Source of the DNA: a virus
Virus record (IMG/VR): IMGVR_UViG_3300048444_000173
Span: 18,363 to 82,362 of that record
Direction: 5' to 3' (one strand)
Length of the DNA stretch: 64,000 nt
In this document: positions 55,332-64,000 of the stretch, in pieces
Layout: each line of letters opens with the position of its first letter
Position numbering within the stretch: the first letter of the stretch is position 1
The notes under the pieces: model-generated
Database searches by the model: none
What the model saw: only the letters and a program-made list of their open reading frames with translations
What the model was told of the DNA's origin: nothing
Made by a program: the position numbers and the translations under genes

Positions 55332-58300
55332 ATGGCATCATTACAGGGTAGCGTTAGCATAAATACGAAGAGTATTCAGGACGCTGTTAATAAGTTAAAT
55401 AAGTTAAGTGCTAAACTCAAAGAAGTTTCTAGCGCTACTTCAATGTATGAGCAAGCACAAACTCGCAAGGCTCAATCAGATAATAAAGCAACCAAAGCCG
55501 CTAAAGATCAAGAACGTGCTGAAAAGGCCAAGTCCGACTTATTACAACGCAACGCCAACTTAGTTGAACGTGCGGCAAACCAATTAGCTAACTATACACA
55601 ACGAGTTAGTGCGAATGTTAAGGACGAAGCTAAGCGAGCACAAATGCTTGAGCGTGTAGAAAATGCTATGCAGAACTATGCTGCTCGTGTTAAAGCTGCT
55701 CAAGGTGATACTACTAAATTAGCTGCTGCAAAAACCCGCCTGTCTACTGTCACTGGTAATCTCTCTCGTGAATTAAAAGAGCAATCTTCCTCACAAGGCT
55801 CTAGTCAAAAGTCTGCTGTTGCTACTGAACGAGCATTGGGTAGTCTTGAGGTTCAGTATAAGCGTTTTGCCACAGCGATTGAGAACTCTACTATCGAAGA
55901 GAAAATACAGCAGAATGTACTGAAAGAGGCTAAGCAAGAATACCTTGCGGCTAGAGCAGCTATAAAGCAATACGGCGCTGGTACACTTCAAGCAGTACAA
56001 GCCCAAAATAAATTCAGAATATCCTTAGCTGACACGGCTAATAATATGCGTAACCAATTCAAAGGGGTTGGTCGTGGTGCTGGTCAAGCTGGTATTCAGG
56101 TGCAACAATTTGTTGGGCAGATACAAGGCGGTGTTAACCCAATGGTTGCGTTATCACAACAAGCTGCTGACTTAGGTTTTGCTTTAGGCGTACCCTTAGC
56201 AGGTGCTATTGCTGGTTTGGCTTTCTCATTCGGTAGCTTCCTTAGTCCCGAAATGTTTGAAACAGCAACAGCCGCAGAAAAGCTAGAAGAAGCACTTAAT
56301 AATGTTGATGATGTATTGACAGATACAGACGAAGGTGTAGTCAGATTATCTGACAAAATACTAAGATTAGCTGAGGTTAGTGAGTTAGCGGCAGAGGCAA
56401 GTTTAATCCTAGCTTTGAGGGAAGCACAAGAAGAGTCTAGGAAAGCTGCCGAGGGTATTTCTGACCTAACTGGTAATATAGGACTTATACAGCAAAACGA
56501 AGGTTTCACTGGGCGCATACAAAATGAAATGCGTGAACTTGGCGAGTCTTTTGGTCTATCAGGGCTAGAAGCCCAAAAAGCTGGTCAGAGGTTATCAGGG
56601 CTAATAGAAGAGACACGCAGGGAGCCTAGCACCGAGAACCTTACAAAGCTCTTAGACACTATGGGTAACATGGTTAAAGTCGCTGGTGATGATTTAACCC
56701 CAGAAATGGAATCACTATACAGAGAAATAGAAGAGCTTTCACTTGGCGCAATACTCCTTAATGAAGATGCTACTAAGTTGGAAGAAAAATTAAACAACTT
56801 AGGTGAGGCTTTTGAGGATAGTTCTGAGTCATCACAAAAGGCTTCTCGGAACCTACGCTCTTTACTAGATGGACTACAGGAGCAAGTTGCTACTTTAGGT
56901 ATGTCTGAAAGGCAAATGGCTATTTATGAGGCCAGAAGAAACAAAGCCACAGAAGCGGATATACTTTTCATAAATGCCCAGTATGAACTAATCGAAGCCG
57001 AAGAAAAGAAAGCTGCTGCAACTAAGAATGAGGCACAACAATTACGTATATTAAGTGGCTTAACTAATAAAGTCAATGAGATGCGTGGTAAGGCTACAGC
57101 TTATGCCAATGCAAACTCTAAGGCTGACTTAGATGCTGCACTTGCCGCTGCTAAAAATGCTTCTGAGATAGAAAAACAGCGAGATAAGATTGAAGCATTA
57201 TCCTTTGCTAACCAGAAGATATTAGCACAACGTCTTGGGTTATCTACACAAGGTAAAACTCAGGCACAAGTTGAGAATGAAATAGCTAGAGCTTATCAGA
57301 ACCAAGCAGATGCAGCAAGTAGAGCACAACGTGGCGCTAAGGCACTATTTGATTTTCGTCAACAATCACAGAAGATAGAGGGTTCAGCTACAGGAATTTC
57401 TGGTATTCAGGCTGATTTCTCACAACAAGAAGAACAACAGCGTCAAGCATTTGGTCGGTTGCTACAGGCAAATGATTTCACAGATGAGCAACGTCAACAG
57501 TATATAGACCAGTATGTTACAAATATGCAGGAGCTAGAGAAACAGAAGAATGTTGCTCTTAGTGAAGCTATGCGATCTGGCACTGACGCTGCTCAAATTT
57601 CACCGTTGTCTGATACAGAAAGATTACGTCAGGATTTTGAACAACGTAAGCAAACGTTAGGTGAAATATTTGGTGAAGAAAGTGAGATGTATAAATCACA
57701 CCTTGCTAGTCTGAAGAACCAATATGAGCAACAAAACTTCCACATGGAATTTGCTAAACAAGCCCAAGCTGCTAACGGAATACTTGGCGGTGCTATGGAC
57801 ACCATGCAAGCTCTAGGTAAAGAGAACTCGAAAGAGTATCAGGCTATGGCTATTAGTCAAGCACTCATCCAACAAGCTATGGCTGTAAACTCCGTGTGGG
57901 CAGACCCTAGCATACCGTTCTGGGGTAAAATTGGTTTGTCAGCTATGGCTGGGATGCAAGTTGCTGGTCAGATTAAGCAAATTAAGTCACAATCATTTGC
58001 TACTGGTGGCTTTGTCTCAGGAGCAGGTACAGGTACATCTGACAGCATCCCTGCCCGACTCTCTGACGGCGAGTATGTCATAAACGCCGCTGCAACACGT
58101 ATGCTTGGTAAAGGATACTTAGACCAACTTAACAGTGGGCGTGTTCCTGCTATGAATCGTGGCGGAAGTGCTGGTCGAGTTCCTGCTATAGCTATGTCTA
58201 ACCCAAGTCAAGGTTGGGGTGATTTAAGTGTCCAAGTAATAAACGAAGGTAATAGTGAAATGGAAGCGACTCGCACAGAACAAGGCTATGACGAGAACGG

Positions 58301-58418
58301 ACAAATGCAAATGCGTATATTCGTTCGTCAAGTTGTTCGTGAAGAAATGGACTCAGGTAATATGGACAAATCAATGGGTCGTAACTATGGTGTCACTCGT
58401 AAACCGACAAGGAGATAA
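55332..58418 (+). CDS. tail tape measure protein (1028 aa)
   Basis: Ala/Gln-rich helical protein; QF..Q..GG.NP..A..QQ; FATGG...GTGTSDSIPARLSDGEYV; start after GAGG. Confidence 0.92.
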   Translation: MASLQGSVSINTKSIQDAVNKLNKLSAKLKEVSSATSMYEQAQTRKAQSDNKATKAAKDQERAEKAKSDLLQRNANLVERAANQLANYTQRVSANVKDEAKRAQMLERVENAMQNYAARVKAAQGDTTKLAAAKTRLSTVTGNLSRELKEQSSSQGSSQKSAVATERALGSLEVQYKRFATAIENSTIEEKIQQNVLKEAKQEYLAARAAIKQYGAGTLQAVQAQNKFRISLADTANNMRNQFKGVGRGAGQAGIQVQQFVGQIQGGVNPMVALSQQAADLGFALGVPLAGAIAGLAFSFGSFLSPEMFETATAAEKLEEALNNVDDVLTDTDEGVVRLSDKILRLAEVSELAAEASLILALREAQEESRKAAEGISDLTGNIGLIQQNEGFTGRIQNEMRELGESFGLSGLEAQKAGQRLSGLIEETRREPSTENLTKLLDTMGNMVKVAGDDLTPEMESLYREIEELSLGAILLNEDATKLEEKLNNLGEAFEDSSESSQKASRNLRSLLDGLQEQVATLGMSERQMAIYEARRNKATEADILFINAQYELIEAEEKKAAATKNEAQQLRILSGLTNKVNEMRGKATAYANANSKADLDAALAAAKNASEIEKQRDKIEALSFANQKILAQRLGLSTQGKTQAQVENEIARAYQNQADAASRAQRGAKALFDFRQQSQKIEGSATGISGIQADFSQQEEQQRQAFGRLLQANDFTDEQRQQYIDQYVTNMQELEKQKNVALSEAMRSGTDAAQISPLSDTERLRQDFEQRKQTLGEIFGEESEMYKSHLASLKNQYEQQNFHMEFAKQAQAANGILGGAMDTMQALGKENSKEYQAMAISQALIQQAMAVNSVWADPSIPFWGKIGLSAMAGMQVAGQIKQIKSQSFATGGFVSGAGTGTSDSIPARLSDGEYVINAAATRMLGKGYLDQLNSGRVPAMNRGGSAGRVPAIAMSNPSQGWGDLSVQVINEGNSEMEATRTEQGYDENGQMQMRIFVRQVVREEMDSGNMDKSMGRNYGVTRKPTRR

Positions 58419-58420
58419 CA

Positions 58421-58768
58421 ATGGCTACATGGCCTAGTGAATTACCGCAATATCCATTAGTCGAGGGGTACAATCGTACTCCTCAGTCTAGTTTATTGCA
58501 ATTTAATACGGACACAGGGCGAGCTAAGGAGCGTAATCGTGCTACCGCCATGCCTGAACAAATCACCGAAAATTATGTCATAGAAGATAACTTATACTCT
58601 GTACTAGATAGCTTCTTCAAGAATGATGCGGGCAGAGGTACTATCCCGTTCTTTAAGACCGAACCTGAAACTGGACTTACTAAAGAATACCGATTCCGTA
58701 GTCCGCCTAAGTTTGAGAAGCGCGGTACGTTATATAAAGTAACTTGTGAATTAGAACTTTTACCATAA
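58421..58768 (+). CDS. distal tail protein
   Basis: WP..LP..P; D.G....R.R; position after the tape measure gene. Confidence 0.7.
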   Translation: MATWPSELPQYPLVEGYNRTPQSSLLQFNTDTGRAKERNRATAMPEQITENYVIEDNLYSVLDSFFKNDAGRGTIPFFKTEPETGLTKEYRFRSPPKFEKRGTLYKVTCELELLP

Positions 58769-58777
58769 GGAATACCT

Positions 58778-59281
58778 ATGCCTGATCTTAGCCCCGAAAC
58801 CTTAGAAGAAGTATTTGCTCAATATATGCCGACTACGCTATTACCGTTGATTCGTTATAGCGGCGTAGACAACAACGGAGACCCTGTAGAGCGATTCTAC
58901 GTTAATAATTGGGAGAATATCACCAGTAACAGACAAGTGTACCAAGCTGCTGCGTTTAAGATGTCATTAGGCTCAGATGAGTCTGATAATATGCCAGCAG
59001 TAACATTGACATTTGATAGTGGCGATAGACAAGTTATCAACGAGTTACGTCAATTCAACGAAGCACCTAAGATATACTTATCCGTAATTGTTGCTGAACG
59101 TCCTGACGAAGTAGAGCTTCCTGAGATAGAGTTTCAGGCTAAGGATTGGACAGTGAAGGACAGTGCTGTAACTATCAACCTAGAATCTGAGCCTGTCCTT
59201 AATGAGCCTATTGTTGGCGACATTGTTACGCCACAATTATTCCCGCTACTATGGGAAAACGTCACAGTGACAGGACAGTAG
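58778..59281 (+). CDS. minor tail protein (DUF1833/gpL-like)
   Basis: VNN.E.ITS...Y.A..F; P..TL; TP..FP.L. Confidence 0.7.
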   Translation: MPDLSPETLEEVFAQYMPTTLLPLIRYSGVDNNGDPVERFYVNNWENITSNRQVYQAAAFKMSLGSDESDNMPAVTLTFDSGDRQVINELRQFNEAPKIYLSVIVAERPDEVELPEIEFQAKDWTVKDSAVTINLESEPVLNEPIVGDIVTPQLFPLLWENVTVTGQ

Positions 59282-59284
59282 GTT

Positions 59285-59701
59285 ATGGAAAAGTTTATTC
59301 CCTATATTGGGCTAACATATAAGCCTAGTGCAAGAAACCATGACGTAGTAGATTGCTGGGGTTTGATCGTAACTTTATACAAAGACTTATACGATATTGA
59401 CTTACCAAGCTTCTCAGAATGCTCCTATGCAAAGAATGGTATGCAAGGTACAGCCCAATTCATTGCGGGTACTGACCTATATAGCAAGTGTCAAAAATTG
59501 AGTATTGAACAAGAACCACAAGAGGGTGATTTAATTCTCCTCACGAACGCTGGTCAACCTACTCACATAGGCATGGTTGTGGACAAAGACCACATGATAC
59601 ACGCCTTTGACAAAGCTGGTAGCGTCATAGAATCATTCAGGAGCAATAAGTGGAAAAGCAGAGTAAGGGCAATATACAGACACCCACATTTCCTCTCTTA
59701 A
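59285..59701 (+). CDS. NlpC/P60 tail tip protein (gpK-like)
   Basis: YIG..Y, DCWGL, GD, HIG, HA. Confidence 0.85.
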   Translation: MEKFIPYIGLTYKPSARNHDVVDCWGLIVTLYKDLYDIDLPSFSECSYAKNGMQGTAQFIAGTDLYSKCQKLSIEQEPQEGDLILLTNAGQPTHIGMVVDKDHMIHAFDKAGSVIESFRSNKWKSRVRAIYRHPHFLS

Positions 59702-62700
59702 TTCAGGAACACCCTCTAGCCGAGCCTACGGTACACAATATTGCCGTAGGTGTTCGCGTATCTGACATCCTCAAAAATGCCCCTAAACATTCTGGCGCTG
59801 AACCCCAAGTCCTAGTTAATGGCGAGAAAGTTCACGGTAATTATAAGCCCAAAGAAGATGACATAGTTTATGTGACCTTAGTACCGGGCTTTACTGGTGC
59901 TTATGCTTGGTTGAACTGGGTTATAGTTATGGTAGCTTCTGCTGCTATCTCTTATGCCCTCATGCCTGATATTGGCGACCAGCAGAACGGAATGACTGAC
60001 GAGAATAAGTTTGAGCGTATATCTGGACTAAAGAATAAATCCCCGTTATACGAACCATATCAAGCTATCTTAGGTAAGCGTAAAGTCGCACCTGTCTATA
60101 TTTCACGCCCATATACTACTGTTGAAGGTGACAGAGAATACTTTCATGCTCTAATGTCAGCAGGGTACGGTCCTCTTAAACTGGAGAACTTTCGTATTGG
60201 TGAAACAGCTATTGAGGACTTTGATGACGTAGAAATTACTGTCTTAGACCAATACGAAAACTCTGATGAAAATGCTATCCGTGAAGTATGGCAACAAGAC
60301 ATTTCACAGCAGCAGATTCAGATTGAATTACGTGAAGAAGAGGGCTGGACTAACCGTACTACTGAAACCAATCCTGAAACTATTGTTAGTAACTTCTTGT
60401 TTCCGTCTGGCGTGTTTGGGATGGACGATGAGGGTAACAATGTACCTGAGAGCGTTAAAATAAGACAAGATATACAAGATGGTAATGGTGATTGGTGGAC
60501 TGTCGTAGTAGAACATCAAAGCAACCAGTTTGGGAATATATCACCAAACTTGTATGGTGTAGTTAAGTTCGAGGATGGTTACTATCGCTGGAATAGTGAT
60601 GGACTTGATGGCATATGGGGAGCATTAGACCTTCTATTCCTAGATGAGTACAGTGACCCTCTTAGTTCTTTTGGTAATTTTGAAACTATAGAAAAAGATG
60701 GTTTACTATTTATCAAGAACTTCCCAGAAAATGAGAAGATCACTTCTTTCCAATATACCGCTGCGACTAGGGAGCCAAAACTTAAGTCACTGAGCATACC
60801 GAGTGTTGATGAAATATGGCAAGGTACAACAGCAATAAACATCAGAACTCGTAAAGAAGGCCCTACTCAAGAACAAGTAGAGGATAATCGTGGTACTGCT
60901 AATGTTAGTTGGGAAAACCTACAAACAATTCGCCCATTAACTGACGAAGGTTTCAAGGAAGCTATTGGCTATAATCGCCCTAAGTTGCGCTATGACGGAA
61001 ATGTTGTACGTAATTTCCGCCCTACGCTCATCCATGTTCGTATGCGAGCAACAGGCCAGCTTAATGGTAACTTAGACAACTTCTTCTGTGATGCTACAAT
61101 GGTTGTACCACAGGACAAGAATGCTGACTGGAGAAACTGGCCTAACCTCACATTAGAGCCTAGCGTGAACCCTGCTGATGCTTATAAGTGGCTAATGCAA
61201 GGCGCAATGAATTACAGCCCAATTCCTATCGACAAGATCGACCATGACAGACTTGCGGATTGGCGCAGTCGTTGTGTATCTGAGAACTGGACAATATCCG
61301 CATTGCTGGATTATGAATCAACACTTTTGGCTGAGTTACAGAACGTAGCTTATACAGGACGTGCTGAGTTCCAATTTAATGAGGGTAAGTTCGGCGTTGT
61401 CGAGAAGATTGAACGTACAGTACCTCGTCAGATATTCACACCTAAGAACTCTGCTAACTTCCAGAGCAAGCGTGTATACCCAGAAGTTGTTGACGGTGTT
61501 AAGTTTCAATTTGAATCTGCTGCTGTTGATTATGAGAAAGATGAGGGCGTATTCCTAGACCCTGCCAAAGACCCCGATAACGGTGGTGACGCAAGTTTAC
61601 TCAAAGGTCGTTACACCACAAATGAGTTGTGGGGTATTGATAACTTTGACCAAGCCTATCGTCTAACTCGTTTTGAATACTATGAGCGATTCTTACAGCG
61701 TGAAATTTACACCCTAGACTTAGACGCGGAAGTATTAGCAAGTCAACGTGGCGACCTTGTGCGAGTACAGAACGACATAATTAATGTTGGGCTTGGTGCT
61801 GGTCGAGTTAAGGCAATAGACGGCTCTGTTGTAACCCTAGACGAAACAATTAATACAGATAATTTGCCACAGAATACAGGCTTACAATTCCGTGATGACG
61901 TTGGTGTAATCACTACAACCACAGCTTCATACTTAGGTGATGGGAAATGGGATTGTGATAATCTTGACGCTAGTGTGTCTATTGGTGATTTAGCTATTTA
62001 CGGGGAAACTGGCAAAGAAGCTATTGACTGTATTATCCGTGGTATAAAGTACAACGAAGATTTGGGTGCTAGTCTTACACTTGTTAATGCTGCTAATGAG
62101 ATATACAACCTTGATGGTAATCCTATACCTGAGTATAATCCGTCAATAGCTTTACCAACTGATACGACACAACCCCCTAATCCAATCGTATCGGCAAATG
62201 CGTCTAAAGGCGTGATTAATGTCATCGTAAACAGTCCTGACCAAACCTATCCGACTAATGACTATCGCGCTTATGTTCAAGCTCGACAATTTCCTATTGG
62301 TCGTACCGTAGAGAATTATTTTGAGAACGACAATGAAGGTTGGGGTTATATTGCTCAAGGTGATGTAGCACAATCTACGTTCCAGATACAAGGACAACAG
62401 CGTGGGTTCAACTATGAACTAAGGGTACAATACCGTCGTGGTGATGGTGCGAGTGGTGGCTGGTCAAATACTCAGGTCGTAACGCTTGAGTATGGTGAGG
62501 GCTTACCTCTTATTCAGAACCTTAACTATGTCCACCAGAAGGATGGCACATACCTAACTTATAGTCCTGTCTCTGACCCTGAGTTTGATCGTTATGAGAT
62601 AAGATTAGACCAGAACTTTGGCACGCAAGATAGTAACTATGTTGGAGCAACTAAAGATAATAGTTTTTTCTTAGGCTTGTTAGAGTCAGACCAAGATTAC

Positions 62701-64000
62701 TACGTTGCTGTGAAGAATGTCTATAGCGCTTACAGTGAACCCAGTTTCATTTCTGTATTACAGAATGTACCAGCAGAGCCTGTAAACTTTATAGCCACTA
62801 ATGAGGGCTTAGGTGTACGCTTAACATGGTCTAAGCTCAACACAGGCTACGAAATAGATTATTTTGAAATACGCTTCACCGAAGCTGGTGTTGGTGATAA
62901 CTTTAGTCAATCTATTGAGTTAGGTTCTGTTAGTGGACTATCTACAACACATTCTACTATTAGTACTGGTCTATATACTTATTATATACGCGCTGTTGAT
63001 ATTGCGGGTAATGTTTCTGAGTGGGTTAATGATAATGTTGACGTTGAAAGAAGTTCTGACGCTATTGACGAAGAACTTGCTAATATAAACACCATCATCA
63101 ACGACATCAACACCACACTTGACGATGTTGAGTTCAGCATCACAGAGAACAGTACTAACTTTGAAGATAATGCGCTGTCAACGCTGGATGCTATCACACG
63201 ACAAGCAGCAAGCCGTGAAGAATTACGTAGTCGCATTGAAAATGACGAAGTGCTGATTGACGCAGCGGTGTACGTTGACCCCGAAAGCGGCACAATCGTT
63301 AATCGTGCATTTAACTATGCTGATGACCGATTTACCGAAGCACAGTTAGCCATTAACGGTGTTGACGCTCGAATTACTGCTACAGTGCAAGACGTTGAGC
63401 TAATTGATGGTCGTGTCAATGACTTGTCATCAGAGCTTGAGCTAGTACCCGGTCAAATTACAGCAACAGCGAATGCCGTAGTTGCCGAAGCGATACAGGC
63501 GCTTGACCCTGCTCACAGTTTTAACTTCTTTGATTCTGCACAGGGATGGGTTGCGGTAAACGGCACAATCAGTACAGCCGTACCAAATGAGATTAGTGCG
63601 ACATGGGGTGACATTGAGAACAGCAACCTAACCTTTGTCGCAGAAGATAACCCCGTTATTCGTGTCACTATTGAGCGCACATCAGGTACAGGGTGGACAG
63701 GTGACTTAATCATTGAGCGTGACGATGCAACGACACATACGTTCAGTGGCATCATTGAAGATATACTTAGCGGTGGCGAGATTGTACGTTCGATTGACTT
63801 ACGCGGAAGTGACGATTGGGTAGGAACAATCAACCGTGTTCGTTTAGTGTTAGGTGCGTCAACGTCTGACGAGTTTACGATTAAGCAAATCGTTATCGGC
63901 AAACCTGATGCGGCACTGCTAGAGCTTGAAGATATTAGCCAACGTGTTACTAGCGCAGAAGTTGAAATTAACGCTATCGACGGACGTGTTAATACAGTCG
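59650..64000 (+). CDS. tail tip/host specificity protein J-like (3' truncated, >=1450 aa; absent from the ORF track)
   Basis: AGGAG plus GTG at 59650; in frame at spot checks to the window end; GYGPL, NPA..Y, Q.FTPKNS.NF, FN3-like YIRAVD.AGN.S, C-terminal coiled coil. Confidence 0.85.
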   Translation, partial: MEKQSKGNIQTPTFPLLIQEHPLAEPTVHNIAVGVRVSDILKNAPKHSGAEPQVLVNGEKVHGNYKPKEDDIVYVTLVPGFTGAYAWLNWVIVMVASAAISYALMPDIGDQQNGMTDENKFERISGLKNKSPLYEPYQAILGKRKVAPVYISRPYTTVEGDREYFHALMSAGYGPLKLENFRIGETAIEDFDDVEITVLDQYENSDENAIREVWQQDISQQQIQIELREEEGWTNRTTETNPETIVSNFLFPSGVFGMDDEGNNVPESVKIRQDIQDGNGDWWTVVVEHQSNQFGNISPNLYGVVKFEDGYYRWNSDGLDGIWGALDLLFLDEYSDPLSSFGNFETIEKDGLLFIKNFPENEKITSFQYTAATREPKLKSLSIPSVDEIWQGTTAINIRTRKEGPTQEQVEDNRGTANVSWENLQTIRPLTDEGFKEAIGYNRPKLRYDGNVVRNFRPTLIHVRMRATGQLNGNLDNFFCDATMVVPQDKNADWRNWPNLTLEPSVNPADAYKWLMQGAMNYSPIPIDKIDHDRLADWRSRCVSENWTISALLDYESTLLAELQNVAYTGRAEFQFNEGKFGVVEKIERTVPRQIFTPKNSANFQSKRVYPEVVDGVKFQFESAAVDYEKDEGVFLDPAKDPDNGGDASLLKGRYTTNELWGIDNFDQAYRLTRFEYYERFLQREIYTLDLDAEVLASQRGDLVRVQNDIINVGLGAGRVKAIDGSVVTLDETINTDNLPQNTGLQFRDDVGVITTTTASYLGDGKWDCDNLDASVSIGDLAIYGETGKEAIDCIIRGIKYNEDLGASLTLVNAANEIYNLDGNPIPEYNPSIALPTDTTQPPNPIVSANASKGVINVIVNSPDQTYPTNDYRAYVQARQFPIGRTVENYFENDNEGWGYIAQGDVAQSTFQIQGQQRGFNYELRVQYRRGDGASGGWSNTQVVTLEYGEGLPLIQNLNYVHQKDGTYLTYSPVSDPEFDRYEIRLDQNFGTQDSNYVGATKDNSFFLGLLESDQDYYVAVKNVYSAYSEPSFISVLQNVPAEPVNFIATNEGLGVRLTWSKLNTGYEIDYFEIRFTEAGVGDNFSQSIELGSVSGLSTTHSTISTGLYTYYIRAVDIAGNVSEWVNDNVDVERSSDAIDEELANINTIINDINTTLDDVEFSITENSTNFEDNALSTLDAITRQAASREELRSRIENDEVLIDAAVYVDPESGTIVNRAFNYADDRFTEAQLAINGVDARITATVQDVELIDGRVNDLSSELELVPGQITATANAVVAEAIQALDPAHSFNFFDSAQGWVAVNGTISTAVPNEISATWGDIENSNLTFVAEDNPVIRVTIERTSGTGWTGDLIIERDDATTHTFSGIIEDILSGGEIVRSIDLRGSDDWVGTINRVRLVLGASTSDEFTIKQIVIGKPDAALLELEDISQRVTSAEVEINAIDGRVNTV

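Noticed and set aside
62982-63902. Minus-strand ORFs, and similar antisense or nested ORFs throughout the track
   Set aside because: Shadows of long genes on the opposite strand or in another frame; no RBS or recognisable motifs
1-64000. Prophage/integration module or alternative genetic code
   Set aside because: No integrase, repressor or host genes; standard code gives dense coding, and the premature stops are explained by introns and a frameshift

Overview
A 64-kb, AT-rich segment of a lytic siphovirus-type dsDNA phage. The host is probably a marine gammaproteobacterium; this is an inference. No integrase, repressor or CRISPR array is visible. Layout: (i) 1-18.3 kb, + strand: nucleotide metabolism (MazG-like fragment, phosphoesterase, class Ia nrdA/nrdB), many small sigma70-driven genes, homing endonucleases, a Pif1/RecD-like helicase and an HTH protein. 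(ii) 18.3-20.0 kb: a 1.7-kb non-coding control region with twin hairpin modules and two degenerate repeat arrays facing each other. (iii) 20.0-22.1 kb: a small early-gene block with an acidic Ocr-like protein, possibly in a terminal repeat. (iv) 22.3-41.8 kb, - strand: MqsA-like Zn finger, RNA repair trio (Rnl1, a nucleotidyltransferase, Pnk), thyX, dNMP kinase, exonuclease, macrodomain, tRNA-Arg(UCU) flanked by structured RNA, DNA methyltransferase, HNH, terminase large subunit and an ECF sigma factor. (v) 42.0-64.0 kb, + strand: a minimal family-A/T7-RNAP-like (TV-Pol-like) polymerase, HslV-like peptidase, PhoH, then head and tail genes. Both nrdA and terL are interrupted by ORF-less group I introns inserted in catalytic motifs. 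The best candidate for an undescribed system is the TV-Pol-like polymerase together with a DNA motif shared between its upstream region and the twin hairpin modules at 18.3-18.6 kb. All calls come from motif recognition by eye; no searches were run.
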